Source of the DNA: Schmidtea polychroa
Taxonomy: Eukaryota
Direction of reading: 5' to 3'
DNA length: 64,000 nt
NCBI GenBank assembly: GCA_044892525.1
Contig: CM097885.1
Coordinates: 41,604,001-41,668,000 of the forward strand
Below, piece after piece: positions 49,948 through 64,000 of the stretch. The notes under the pieces are model-generated. The model had not been told where the DNA came from, did no database searches, and was given only the letters and a program-made list of their open reading frames with translations. A program made the position numbers and the translations under genes. The stretch's first letter is position 1, and each line of letters starts with the position of its first letter.

Positions 49948-52103
49948 GTTTAAACATTAATGAAATTATAATTTTTCAATTATTAATATAAATTATAAAA
50001 TTATTTGAAAATAATCATATCATTTTTATATTTTCCCAAAAATATTCAACATTCAATACTGTTATCAGATAATGAAAAAATATTATAAATTAGAGTTCAA
50101 CAGTCAAATGTATTATATTTGTCCATTAGATGGACATAACTTTCACACATTTCACATCTTATAATAACTTTTATAAACAACATCACACAACCTATACAAT
50201 CTTTGAAGTGATCAAATGACGTCCATTTTTTCATTTGTATCTTTTGATTTCATTTTTGTGATACTTTCTGCCTCACCAGTTGGTATATAGTAATCGGTAA
50301 AACCTTTTGTTTTTTATGGTAATTTTAATACTAGTTTTGAAGATTTGCGAGATGATATGTGTTATGGGTGATGTTTTCGATGATATATTCGTGCATTTGT
50401 ATGTATAAGTATAATTTGTAATTAAATGTTTGTAAGTAGTTATACGTATATATTATATTTATGCCTGTAGGTGCGTGTAAGTCAAGACGGTTTGTAGAGC
50501 CCAGCCGAGTCTCTTTTAAAAAACTGTCTCGGGACAGCTGGGGTGAATGTATGTATGGTAGCGAACAAAAATGTACTATGAACAAACAATAACAATTATA
50601 CAATTTTGAACTTTATTCGTAGAGTAATAAAAGAAAAACCTTTGTTATTTTTTGATATTTGATCCACAGTATTCGTATTAGATAGATTTACGGATAATTA
50701 GAACAGATGATTATTGCTGTCTCTCTTGCCTGTAAAGTTTTTAAGCCGTCGGAGAACAATTTAGGACGAAAGATTAATACTCTCTTCTTTATTAGTTTTC
50801 GACTTCTTTATTATGCTTCTGGGTAATTGAATTTTTTAAAGATTCACGACTTATTATTAATCTGATAATTAATTATACTAATGTTTCTTTTGATCATTTG
50901 ACTTGTTTCTGTTTGCTTGAATTTTGTTGTATTTCTCAGTTATTTGAATTTTATCTTCTTCGGTTCTTATCCTTTGAAAATTTAAATTATATATCCTTTT
51001 GTTTTTCCGTTACACAAATTTAATCTCTTGAAAATAATTCTATTTCGTTATCTTATTTATTTGTAATTGATTTTTTATTTTTGTGATCAATTTTCTATAG
51101 CGTTGGTAAATTATCGCTATGGTAAATTATCACTATATAGTTTTTTAATTTTTTTTTACACGTAACACGTGACGATTAAAACCACAACCCATATTAAATT
51201 GTAACAAACAATAAAAAAATATAATATAACAATACATTACAATATGCATTAGTCTATTTTTAAGTGGATTTGATATTATTAAATTTATTAAACATCCAAC
51301 TTATTTACTAAGTATATACAAATTTTACTTAATATAAATTAATTAGCTTTTTTTAAAAACTCTTAAATAGGTGCCTATATATATCTTATACAAGCTGGGC
51401 CGTCGAGAGCCAGGCGTGGCCCTCTTTGCAGTTACTATTTGTAAATATCTGGTAAGATATTTTAGTAAAACTTAAAAGATGAAAATAAACACGAATTTAA
51501 AAACTTGTAAAAAAGTATTTATCTGAAATTGAAATTTTAAAGCCAAATATGATTATATCGCAGGTCTGGATATTTTGCATCACCTTCTTATCAGTGATGT
51601 GTACAAGTGAGCTTTTAGTCAATATTTACCTAAAATAGAAATTTTTGTTGGATTCATAATGATGAAGACTTAGATAATATAATACAAGAATGTATTAATT
51701 AAATCATAGATTCATTTCCATATGAATATACATGGAAGTGGATATAGTAATACCCAAGTAATTACATGATTACAGTAGAGAATTTAAAGAAAAGAATGAA
51801 TTTAAGATTATTTAATACAAGATCAAAGATAATTACATACGCATCCAAACTATAATTTAAGAAAAGAATAAAAATCGATGATAATTTAATTACTACTTTA
51901 CTCCAAGGGATCTTCACGCTTCACTCCATTAACATAACCATTTATTAATATTAAATTAAATCTCTGCTCTTATTTATGAGATGTTTATTGTTAGAAGGTT
52001 AACAAAACATACAAAAAATAAACTCTGAATGATAAGTACAATTAATAACTTGGTGTAAATTAAAGATCACTTATTGTGGCATGCCGTTAGGCAGTATAAT
52101 CGG

Positions 52104-52467
52104 TAGGGCATAGCCGACTTTTCATCCTGAAATCGGTTTCTGTCGGATTTTTACCAAACCGATTAATCGGTATCGGCACCAACCGAAAGACCGATCCAAA
52201 TAACAAGAAGAGCGTGTTTTTAACAATTAAAATGAAACATAAAAATATCTGTAAAAAAGTAAAAGTATTAAAAAATAACAAATACCTGACAAGATATCCA
52301 TTTTCGTTTTTCATTGCTACAATTTTGTTATCTTCATTTCTCACGAGACGATGAATATTAATACACATATGTTACTGTTACTAACTATCCGGATTGTATC
52401 CGAAATCAGTAAATTCCAAAATCCGGAATCCGAAATCGGCGGGAAATTGACAATCGGCTATGCCCTA
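52104..52467. mobile_element. hAT-like MITE
   Basis: 14-bp TIR TAGGGCATAGCCGA / TCGGCTATGCCCTA; atcgg/ccgat subterminal repeats; TSD degenerate. Confidence 0.75.
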
Positions 52468-52559
52468 CTTATCGAAACCTATTTGAATCTCATACGATGC
52501 CTCAAATCCAAAATGCAAAATAAAATATCAACAATTACAATATAGAATAATTCAATCCA

Positions 52560-53460
52560 GAGTCATAGTTAACTGCACATATTCCATTACATAGAAAATG
52601 AAAGACCTAATGAAAACAGAATTTCTATTTTAGCAAGCAGAAACACATGGTTTTTTGTTCATGTTTGGTAAAAGACTTTGTAACCACAACATTCGCACAT
52701 AAATACACCAACCGGCAATCGATAAGCTTCTAAATGACATTGATTTAGCTTTTCATAATATAAATCAAACTTACCTATAATAAATGTGTGTGTGGCATAA
52801 CCAGAACTGATATTGAATAGGCTTTTACACTATATAAAGATGGAAAAAATCGATGTTGGAAGAAAAATAAATAAATGCACACAAACATGGTTCACAAAAT
52901 TTCTTTAATAAAAAATACACAGTTAGGCATTGAATAAGTTCAAAAATTTCAATTTTAAAACGAAATATAAAAATGTATAAGTTTATATCGGATGCTTATT
53001 GGGAATTAATTATTTCCATTTCAAGAAATCCATATAAATGTGTAGGTTTCTCATTAAACTTTAGTTATTTTATAAAATCTTTCTATAGAATAACTATAGA
53101 TGATAAAAAAAGATTTTTGGTACAGGGGAAAGTGATCATGAATTATACAAAATAAGCTATATTCTTGGAATCAAAAAGAGTACAGTAATAAGTGTGTAGA
53201 GACATACAGCTAATTCGAATAAAGATTTTATTCAAAGGAACATTGAAATAAATAATTGATATATTTGCTCCAATAGTCAATGTACCAACGAAAGCACGGA
53301 CACTTGATCTGGCAATTGTATGTAGATTGTTGAACATCTTGACCAGAAAGATCATAGCTAATAAAACGAATGCTTCAGTTTCTTGAATGTGTGGCATATT
53401 TGCTTTATTGGTTCTGACGAGATTTATTGATTGGGAAGTTAAATGTTTCATTGTTTTTTT
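52560..53460 (-). mobile_element. Possible heavily decayed piggyBac fragment
   Basis: ETEAFVLLAMI resembles the piggyBac E.KAF.G..I.M motif; Cys-rich remnant near 52620-52730. Confidence 0.3.
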
Positions 53461-54759
53461 ATATTGAATTTGATTTTTTGGAAAAAGTGAGTATTATTTA
53501 AACAATGATTTTAATTTTGATTTTAATTTAATTAATTTAATAATATATTTTAAGTTCACTTATTAAATTGATAAAATTGGGAGTCTGAGGCACTACAAAG
53601 TGTACAAAATAAAATATAAAAAGACTGAGATTTAAAGAAATAATAAATTAAATAAAAAAATAACTTACTTTTTTTTCATAAATTTATCCTAAAATCTAAA
53701 AGAAAATTTAAAAAAAGTTATTGAATGAAAGAAAAAAAATTAATTTAAATTACATAGAATTTTATATTAATATTAAAACCAAAGTAAAGCTCAATTTACT
53801 GGATCTTATTTAATGTCAATAAAAGGTTAGGGTTAGGGTGTATAAATGGTGTATAAATGGTGTATAAATGGTACTTCAATGAAACTTTCCTTTTTTATTG
53901 CCTTTTCTTTTTAATTTCACAGATAATTTCACAGACGTAGTTTAGGAGATCTAATTCTCCTATTACTCAAGTAACCAAGTCTTTCATGATAAAGAATTAA
54001 GGGTTCTTTTGAAATATAAATTTTTCTGAAAATTATCCATTAATATTTGAAGTTAATTTATCAATGAGAGTCCTGTTAGAATTTGTAATTTAATTGAGAT
54101 TACCTTTTACTATAAATCATTTTGTTAAGAAATTTAAGCTCGAGCCAGTGTTTATTTGCGCTTGAGTAATTTTAACATTATTTAGTATTTGACCTGTATT
54201 GATAGCGAATTCAATTGAACGCTTAATCCATCATGTGTTAAAGTACCAAATATACCGAAAATAACTTTAGGGATTTTTGTAATTCTCTTTTCTGTTGTTT
54301 CATTATTTAAACCTAATTTCTCATAAAATTACATGGAGATAAATGCATTTTGGCTTGACTCAGTCTTCCGAAAATTAAATTTGATCTTACTGAAGACACT
54401 TCTAATTTTATTAGGAAAGTTTTCTAAAATTATTGATGCGCTGCCACCTTTTCTTGATTAAGTTTTTGGTTTCTTTATAATGATATATTGTTGACTTAAC
54501 AGAAAATACTAGTAATTTCTAATAATTTTCTAAAAGTTAAATAACCCTTTTCGCACTCCATGACTCTCATAATTCTAATTTTATCAATATCTAAAATTCA
54601 ACAACAATGATAATAATTTTGTTAGCAACTTTAAACATATTTTTTGAAATTTTATTTAATATTTCTGCCATATATGAATACAAAAATATAATTATAAAAA
54701 TTAAATTAAGTGTAATAATTAAAAATTATCAAACAAATAAAATTAATAATAATTATTAT

Positions 54760-54935
<176 letters not shown>

Positions 54936-55040
54936 AATAAATGGCGATAAATAAATAATAATAAATAAATAGTAAATTATTAATATTATTAATTTTATTC
55001 AATTTTTTAAATCACTTTGTGAATATAGTGATTTTTTAAG

Positions 55041-55443
55041 CTTAATAAAAGTTTCTGACAAAATCATAAGTGATACCTCTTCCTATTCAAAGCAGAAAAT
55101 AGCATTCATCCCAGTCAATTGGCAGAAGTCTTTGGCCTTTAATTATGAAATCTTTGAAAATATTTCCCCTGACAATAACCCAGGTTTACGAATGATTGTA
55201 AATTCATCATCTCAAGACATATTGTATTATACGAATCCATTATTCTACTCTGACATAATTGAATGCCTCAAATCGGAACTTAATCGAGTTTATTCTATAT
55301 TCTGTCAACATAATGACTATTTTGTGAAAAATAATGGAAAGGTTTCTGCCATTGCTCATTCTTTAGGCTCAGTTATTCTCTTTGACATTCTGAGCAACTG
55401 GTCTCCACAACAACAATATAATAATTGGAAAGAATATAATATG
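55041..55443 (+). CDS. DDHD1: DDHD1-like phospholipase A1, exon 6 (catalytic Ser)
   Basis: FIPVNW, DILYYTNPLF, ELNRVYSIF and GKVSAIAHSLGSVILFDIL (lipase xHSLG motif); phase 2/0. Confidence 0.93.
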
Positions 55444-55621
55444 GTAAATATTTATCTGTAACTTTATTTCACTTTATATATATTTTATGATTATCAATTA
55501 AAACAAAAGTTTCACGTCAAGATTAATAATTTTATAAAATTACACAATAAAATTATATTATGCTTTAAATAAAATTGTTCTAATAGATTACTCTTGCGGT
55601 TATGGAAACGAATGCAAACGA

Positions 55622-56346
55622 AGGGTCAATTTTGTAATTTTAAAACAATTTCGTAATTTAAATTTTTGAAAGGTCAATTTCGTATATTGAAAGATCAAAT
55701 TCGTTTTTTAGAAAGTCAATTTAGTAATAAAAATATACAAGCATGCAAATGTTTTATTTGGGAAAAAAATAAATACATTGATACATAAATACATAATATA
55801 TTAATAAATAATTTAAACACTCAATTAAAAGGCAGATTTTCCATTGCAACTAGTAATTCGCGTTTCATGTGCCTATAATAACCGTCACAATCTTCTACAG
55901 TTATACTGTTCCATCCATCCTCAAAAGCCACCATGAGATCTTCAACATTAGCACAATTAGCTCTTCTCACAACATTTTTCCATTTAGAAAACGATTCCTC
56001 AATGGGATTTAATGAAGGGGAATATGGTGGTAAATAAACCACTTGATGCCCATTGACGTACATCTGTGAAATGCCACGTTATCCATAATCATAATACAAT
56101 TTTCCAGATCTGGTTCTCTTAAACATTCAAAGATAGAATTACATTACATGGAACAGTATAACTGTAGGAGATTGTGACGGTTATTATAGGCACATAAAAC
56201 GTGAATTAGTTGCAATGAAAAATCTGCCTTTTAATTGAGTATTTAAATTATTTATTAATTTATTATGTATTTATGTATTAATGTATTTATTTTTTTCCCA
56301 AATAAAACATTTTCATGATTGTATTTTTTTATTACGAAATTGACCC
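55622..56346 (-). mobile_element. IS630/Tc1 3' fragment with an inverted duplication of its 3' end
   Basis: IMIMDNVAFH and LPPYSPSLNPIEE (ORF 55821-56063); 55715-55912 is the reverse complement of 56149-56346; ends gggtcaatt...aattgaccc. Confidence 0.85.
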
Positions 56347-58099
56347 GAAAACCCTGTATTATAAATTTGAAAAATCAATATTTCTTGAGAACGAAGGCCT
56401 CAGCGGCATATAACGAAAGGTTAAATGCAACATATAAATTATAAATCATTTGGGGTTCTTAGGCTAAGTTATTACAAAAATACAAACTAATTAATTAAAA
56501 TCTTACTGATGACATTTCACATTTCAGTTGGGAAATAAAATCACCGAGCTTGGCTGGCATAATAGCAGTCTGCCATGTAGCGGTAAAATATATTAAATTT
56601 TATTTTGTTTATTCAGATGGAAGTATATAATATACTATATATGGAAAACAGATGGAATTACATAATTTTTAGCTACAAATTTGGTTATTTCGACATAATA
56701 TTTCCGATTATAAAACCCATTTGTTTCTAGAAAGTTGGTAGTGTTGCTGCTAAACCTAATGATATTCTATTAAAACAATATTAAATATGTTTAGTAGAAA
56801 ACCCAGTTTTTTTCTTTAGAATCCTCTTCAAGTTCAACTTTATAATACGCGCTTCCGAAATTGATAAAATTAAAATACATCGATCTATTTAGTGAGTCTA
56901 GCATTTCATGAACATTCGGAATTGAAAATTCTGGTCTTACAGTTTTATTAAGCCATCAAAAGTCTAAGCATTTACGATTATCACGCGTATTTTTCTTTCC
57001 AATAATAAATTGGTGAATTTCAGAAGGATTCACATTTTGCTATAATTTTATTCTATACTACATTTTTTATTATTATTATTTTTTTAAATTTATTTTTATA
57101 ATGTATAATTGCATTCTCGGTTTAATCATTATACGGTTACAGTCGGTTTGTATTTTGTAGAATATCAGTTAGCCAAATATCCCTTTATAAAGTATCCCAA
57201 TTATCCCATTTAATCAAGTAAACACGAACCACGATATTCCTTTGTTGTTCTTCCAGTTTCATCATATAAAAACAATTTATAATTCATTCAATAAATTCTT
57301 CCAAATCTTCAAGACAATATAATTTCGGCTGCAGAATAATCAGAAGTAATTCTGAGATTCAAAACTGTACGTGTTCTACATGTTATAAAAGATAAACTCA
57401 GTTATTAAATTATATTTCAAAACAGTTTAATCATAAGTGTTAATATCAAATATATTAGAGACTGTTATGTAATCATAGTCATGATATATGAGACATTTTA
57501 CAAACCAACATACACATGTCCCTTCTAAAGTGGCATTCTTCTCAAATAATTCACATATTTTTACATAAATTCTTATTCTAAATTCATAAATGATAATTGA
57601 CCAAAATAGCATTTGATCACGAACCATTTGGTTTGATAGAAATATTTTAATTCATAATACTAACCTGAAGGTGTGATGCAATAATAAATGTGTAACAATA
57701 CCTGACTAAACATTGCTATATGCATGTATAAAATTGTTGTATTTTATTTTGTTTTATTATTTAAATATAGTTTAGGTATGACTTTTTAAATTTAAAATGT
57801 ATTATTACAATGAAATTCATAATATGTAATAAATTATAATAAATTATAATACATACAAAAAGTGCCATTAATTATGTACCAATTGAATATTTATAAATAA
57901 ATTGATTTATTTAGTTTGTTAAAAATTTAGAATCCCGGATCAAAAGTAGAATCCTCATTAATATTCAATGGAAAATTTAGTGAAACCAAAAATAGGTTTG
58001 CATGATATTTATTATTTATTAATTTTACCATTATTTTTTCTCGAAATTATTTTTCTATACATTTTCTATACTGGTAGTTAGTGTGTAAATTTAAATTGA

Positions 58100-58308
58100 T
58101 TCAACGAAGACCTGTTTTAAAATGTCATTTGATCTACATAAAACTCTGAAAAACGTGGTGAAAAAACCTTGAAAATTGAGAAAAGTCATAAAATTTGAGT
58201 TGATCTACATAAAAGTATTAGTTGACCTACATACTATACTAGGAATTTTAGGAGGGAAAAATCCTCATCAGGAAGGGGTTTATTTCAGCGGTGGCCAACA
58301 CATCCACT
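58100..58308 (-). repeat. Polinton-like terminal repeat remnant related to 24035-24190
   Basis: Minus strand starts AGTGGATG..., with ccgct, cccc..ctga and tatgtaggtcaac repeats as at 24035. Confidence 0.35.
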
Positions 58309-58904
58309 TATATATTATTTATTTCCAAATTTTTGAAAAATGAATGTCACTAAATCTTTTTATTCGCAAACTGAAATTTACAAATATTTTACTCCATTTA
58401 CCATTAAATACCCATTAAATACTCATCATTTATTGATCATAATTCTTCATCGATTCAGCCAATTATTTTCAAGCAATAATAGCAAACTAAATCACAAATT
58501 TCAGTATATTCTACAATAATTTTCAAGTAGATTTCAAATATATTTTATGTGTCCTTGATAAAGTTAACTGGTTTTTTAGCTTATGATTTTTAATATTTAA
58601 AAGTTCATCAATGTGTAAATGAAAATATTCTTAGAAAATATAATTATTGAAAAAAATTATTTAATCAAATTCAATATCATTACAAAGTCATCATAAAAAA
58701 TTAAATAATTTATCCTATCACTGGATTATTGTAAAAACTCTAATTATTAACCTGTCATTAAAAATTAATTTTTATTTAAAATTTAAAAACAAGTCAATAA
58801 AAATACAGCAAATTATCAGGAAATTAATTAAATTTATCTTAGATTTAAAATTAAAACATTAAATTTTTAAATATTCTTTCAATCAACATGAAATTCATAA
58901 AAAT

Positions 58905-59292
58905 GATTTTTGTATTGAAAATCCTAAGACCAAGAAGACCCACCTCAATAATACTTTTAAAATCCATGTTTTTTATTGATATTCGGATTTTGTATTGAAA
59001 ATATCCTGAGACCTTAAATTACCATGCTTTTACATTGAGGACTCATTTTGTATTGAAAATTCCAGGACCAAGTAGATATACCTCAATAATACTTAGAAAA
59101 TCCATGCTTTTTTAATGAAGACCCCCTTTTTGTATTGAAAATTCCAAGACCAAGGAAACCCACCTTAATAAAACGAAGAAAATCCATGCTTTTTTATTGA
59201 CATTCGGATTTTGTATTGAAAATATCCTGACACCTTAAATTACCATGCTTTTTTACTGAGGACCCATTTTGTATTGAAAATCCTAGGACCAA
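58905..59292. repeat. Higher-order tandem repeat (A-B-A-A-B-A, core TTTTGTATTGAAAA)
   Basis: Six cores at ~58907, 58987, 59046, 59128, 59208 and 59267; A units ~80 bp, B units ~59 bp. Confidence 0.85.
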
Positions 59293-59399
59293 TCGAGACG
59301 CTTTAACTATAGTCAGAGAAAAAAAATCAATTGCATTATCGTGAGCAAAACAAATTACTAAAACACCCACCCCTGAGGGGTGTTTCAATGAGCTACTAA

Positions 59400-60200
59400 C
59401 TACCTACTTACTTTGCACACGTAGAATAAAATGATAGTTGTGGTAGTTTATCGAATCTTGTATCTCGCTCAAAGGTAGAGTTTTGAAGTTCCCTATTAAC
59501 TGTCATCATTGAACCAAATTTTTCTTCTGCTTACAAGTGAATACCCCAAGCAATTGATGGATTCCGTTTGGAATCACTTTGTACTTCATGTGTTGAATTA
59601 TATAAGTCATTTGCAATAACCCTTCCAATGTTCAAAATCTGGTGAACAATTGGTTTCTACCAACAAAATATTCTATCGACTTTTTTTCTGTTAGTACCAA
59701 TTATATTTAATAATAAAAATTGTGGAAATTATAATTGCTTAATATGAGCAATGTCGACTCGGATGAAAAAGTTTAATAAAATAAGCTGTAAAAATCCGGT
59801 TGTTATGAGTTAATATTTTCTAACTTTAATGCCTAATATATAATGACTTGAATTATGTTTTAACTACATTCTGTCTTTCAAGAGATAAAAATTAACTCCC
59901 TGGAATTGAATTCGGCTTCATAGATGTTTATATTTCGTAATTTTATTTTTATAACTGTATATAACATTTCTCCAAAGTTTCAACATCTGCACAAAGTAAA
60001 GGTTTGTTGAAACATGTTAAGAACTATCATTTAGGATGCCAAAGTTTCATTCAATTGAATGACATTGTTGTACACCAAACTCCACTGAGATACAACTTCT
60101 ATAATATAAGAAACAATCAATAACGTTATAATATAGACTCACTTTCATGTTAGTCTTTGCAAGTTCAATGAGATAGTCAAATATAATATACACTAGGGTT
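59400..60200 (-). mobile_element. Decayed LINE reverse transcriptase fragment
   Basis: Minus-strand remnants resembling RPI.LL...K.LEK, Q.GF and G.PQG motifs; many stops. Confidence 0.35.
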
Positions 60201-61438
60201 ATGATTTATGCTTTTTTCAAAACATTTTCCCTGTGCTTTCAGTAGATGAATATTTGTATAAATCATTCATTTTTGAGGTTTTTAATTCAATAATTATATA
60301 AAGGTCACGCACTCACTTGTTTTTAATATGCAAAACAGGACATAAATATAGCATTAATATTTATATTTTTTATAATACATATTCTCTAATTTGTAATATA
60401 TATCTAAAATATAGTTATATTCATGAAATAACCCTTAGTTTATTTATACTTTCAAATATAATAGTCAATTAGTCCTTTTCAAATACGTAATAGGGTATTA
60501 CATGATTTGTTAATATTTATCGTCGTTTGTAATATGAAATTTAGGATTTATAATGTTATCTAAGTTAGCGAAACAAGTTGTCGATGACAATTCAGATATA
60601 TGGAAACATAATTTAAAGAATAAAATCACAAGCGTTCAGAAATACCATTACAATTAACAAAATTAACGGAACTTTGTAAAATGCCGGTAACGAGTGACAT
60701 TGAATGTAACTTGGGATTGTATCAATCCATCAAAGAAAGGAAGGCAAAAATAGACAAAATTACAAAAAAAGGTTTTTGGATGAAATTTAATTTTCCCGTT
60801 GTATATAAACAACGTGTTTCCACTAAAATAAGTAATTCGATTGATTTATATTTTAATTATCGTAAGAAAAGAAATGAAAAATTCGAGAAGGATTTGGTTG
60901 GTGTTTTTGACATTACAAAAGAATAAGGGTGTGGGTTGAGTTCAGAAGACAAACAGCTGCATTTAACAATATTTAAATCCAGGGTAGCATTGGATATACA
61001 ACCTCGAAATTGGCATCTGTATCAACAATAGAAATTAAAAAAGTGATAGAAAATTTAAATACTACACACTAACTCAAAACATAAAAAATGCATAAAACAT
61101 AGATTTCGGAAAATTTGAGTTTCCGTAACAATGAGGAGAATATCATGGTAATTTAATATTTCCTTAGTATTACAGACATTCTGTCAAACCCTTCCAATTT
61201 TCCGATGGTGAAAAAAATTAAAAGGAAGTAGAGATATCACATTTTTGAATTTTGGTACCAATTAAATAATTCAATTATTTATTCTCAATATTTATTAAAC
61301 ATTCTATCAACTTTCAGCTTCCATCGACTAAATAGATATTGAATACTCACTTTTTCATTATTTTTAAAGCATTAAAATAATTAATTATTTAATATAAAAT
61401 AATTAAAAAACAAACATTTTTATTATTAAAATTTATTA

Positions 61439-61489
<51 letters not shown>

Positions 61490-61617
61490 GTATAAAATGA
61501 TGATTGCTTGGTAGCAGCATTTATTATTTAAAACAATAAAATGATAATTTAAGCCTTTTGCTGCAAATAATGTATTTAATGAAAGAATTTTCGACTATAT
61601 CGTATTGTCGAAAATTC

Positions 61618-61737
<120 letters not shown>

Positions 61738-61810
61738 GAAATTCGATTATTTATGTTGCTGTTTTATTATTCTTTATTTAAACATGAATTATGCTTACAA
61801 AAGTGTTCAG

Positions 61811-61885
61811 AAGTTCCAATTGCACTTATTCCAACAAAATGATAATGAAGACCGATTTCCAACTCATACAATATTTCAATTTCAA
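61811..61885 (+). CDS. DDHD1: DDHD1-like phospholipase A1, exon 7
   Basis: cag|KFQLHLFQQNDNEDRFPTHTIFQFQ|gtgaat; with a 46-nt intron it gives FQFQ-IENLFFLGSPL (DDHD1 LKFKVENFFCMGSPL); the 5' boundary is less certain. Confidence 0.65.
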
Positions 61886-61931
61886 GTGAATTTGTTTTAC
61901 GCATTTATTTATTAATGAATGATTTTTATAG

Positions 61932-62081
61932 ATAGAAAATTTATTTTTCTTAGGATCTCCATTGGCTATTTTTCTTGCTTTTAGAGGTATCAAAAATCAT
62001 CCCAATGGACTCCAAGAAGACTTAATAAAATCATACATGTGCAAACGGTTTTATAATATATTTCATCCAAATGATCCATTG
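61932..62081 (+). CDS. DDHD1: DDHD1-like phospholipase A1, exon 8 (start of DDHD domain)
   Basis: IENLFFLGSPLAIFLAFRG...CKRFYNIFHPNDPL|gtaata. Confidence 0.93.
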
Positions 62082-62364
62082 GTAATATTTTTAAAAATAA
62101 TGCATTTACTTTATTTGATATTAGTTATTGTTCTAAATTTTTTGTTCAATAAATAATGAAATAAACATGGCAATAATTTAATTAATAAAAAGCGTCATTC
62201 AAACGCGCGCGTGTAACAATGTATTTCGACAGTCTCACTGTTATCATCAAGAAAAATAGAAAGAAAAGTATATATTATAAATTCCTTGAACAAATTACAA
62301 AATTATTTTTAATATTCAAAATTTTCATAAATATTTTTTTCACAACGCAAAATTTATATATTAA

Positions 62365-62921
62365 CTAGATGGGGTATCATGCATTACCCTGGCAATATAA
62401 GTTGTTTTGTAAAATTGATTTTTTTCAGTAAAAACGCACATTGTTTTCCGAACGTATTTATTTCTTTTCAACATCTATTGCATGTTATAAACATTTCAAA
62501 AGTGCAAGGGAAAACATAATATTAATATATTTTAAAATGATCTTGTCAACCTGACATTTTAAGAAAGTGCTTTATGTTAGACAACGTTTTTTGTTCTGCG
62601 ATTTAATGCAAAGATGAAGAGGTTTTTGGCTGAACCAGCTCTGGAGCAATCAACATAAAGTTGACCATGTGAAAAACAAGCCTCCTTCAGGTTGCTGATA
62701 ATTTTCTGAATCATGCTGTTTACTGATACTTTGCTTAGTAACCAGAAAACAGGATCAGTAAATAAGGTACTACACTAGGTCAAAATTTTTGGGTAGAAAG
62801 TAGTCTACAATTTCGGCTTGTATAAAAGAGGAAGCTGTGCAGAATTTGGTTGAGATATCATCAGAAATTTGGATTTGTATAGCGAACATACAGACATACA
62901 GATACACGATTATATATTAGA
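62365..62921 (-). mobile_element. Non-autonomous Helitron
   Basis: Minus-strand 5' TCTAATATATAATCGTGTATCTGTATGTCTG; 3' hairpin gggta...taccc then CTAG|T. Confidence 0.75.
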
Positions 62922-63614
62922 TTAATATTTTTTAGACCTACTGGTTAAAATAAGTGTACATTTAACCATGGTAGATAGTTTACAAATAGTTTATTTTAAA
63001 ATGTTAAATTCATAGTGTAGAATTCTCAAATAAAATTGTTAAAAATTCTCATATTTATAGATGTTTAAATTTTAGTAAAGATGGATATTCTTGCTCGATC
63101 TAATATCCGTTGAATGTCTCCACATTCAATATTATCCTTGTCTTGCAATACGCTGAAAAAGATATTTTCTGTGTTGACACTTTTTACTTGATTCAATATT
63201 CAAAAATTTATTATTGACAATATTTAAACAAGAGAATTATTTGAGCGAGGAAACACGAGATACTTCATTTTACATGAATTCTACTACTTTAAATTACATA
63301 TTTAAATTATAATTATCTTTACATTTAAATTGTTAATATAAAAATTTTCCCAATTATTATTTACATATAATACTTATTAAAGTATAAAGTGATGATTTCT
63401 TGGTAGCAGCATTTATTACTTTAAACAATAAAGTGATAATTTATTCACAGCAAAAGGCCTAAATTATCACTTTATTGTTTTAAATACTTATTAAACAATA
63501 AATTAATCAATATACAATTTTTTAATTAGTTAATTAATTAATTTAAATTAATTAATTAAGTAGTAGTAGTAGTAATAGTAGTATTAGTATTAGGATTATT
63601 ATTAGCGTTAGGTA

Positions 63615-64000
63615 TGTAATGAATTTACAAGATTTAGTAATTATTTTTTTTCAAATTTCAAATTAATCTGTTTGTTATTATTAAAACAAATTGATTGTGA
63701 CGAAAATAATTTGAATAATAAATGGTAATATTGACTTTAAATATTCACATATACTTATTAATATAATCATTTAATATAAAATTAATTATTATTTAGTTGA
63801 ATTTACTTCCTTACAGTCCTCTTCTTTAAAAAACTGTAGCCACTATATATTTTTAGTTAAAACCTTTCCTTTTCGTCTATGTACTATATAACTTCTATAG
63901 TGTAATTTCTTTATAATCTCAAATGGTCCATCAAACATATCTGCACCCTTTGTGTTGTTATAAACTTTTATCAGCACTTTATCCTCAACTTTAAATTCTC
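63615..64000 (-). mobile_element. 3' end of another Gypsy element (integrase tail, PPT, 201-bp LTR 63615-63815)
   Basis: FKVEDKVLIK...FDGPFEIIKKLHYRSY resembles the tail of copy 1; purine tract aaagaagagga then LTR TGTAAGG...TTACA. Confidence 0.8.

Noticed and set aside
53823..53838. GGTTAGGGTTAGGG telomere-like repeat
   Set aside because: Only two units; too short to call an interstitial telomere
58905..59292. CRISPR-like array
   Set aside because: The spacers are related to each other (A/B units), the core is only 14 bp, there are no cas genes and the context is eukaryotic

Overview
This is AT-rich eukaryotic genomic DNA with spliceosomal introns and (ATT)n/(TA)n microsatellites. It looks like an invertebrate such as a flatworm, but the organism cannot be confirmed. 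Two host genes lie head-to-head. An OATP/SLCO transporter is on the - strand (two exons seen; the gene runs off the left edge). A DDHD1-type phospholipase A1 is on the + strand (eight phase-compatible exons, 17223-62081; the gene is incomplete at the right). Almost all the rest is transposable-element DNA in their introns: Merlin, Gypsy LTR elements, IS630/Tc1/mariner, pogo/Tigger, hAT, piggyBac, MULE, Helitron, LINE remnants and MITEs, often nested. The standout is a 9.2-kb Polinton/Maverick (adintovirus-like endogenous virus) at 30363-39559 with a perfect 6-bp target-site duplication (TSD). It keeps an open pPolB ORF, an adenain protease with an apparent 37-nt intron, and a major capsid gene, but no integrase or ATPase is visible. 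Its terminal inverted repeats (TIRs) are packed with AP-1 motifs, and an internal inverted repeat brackets the capsid/protease cassette. Decayed Polinton ATPase, integrase and pPolB remnants sit in the preceding intron. All calls are by-eye motif and structure recognition; no database searches were run.
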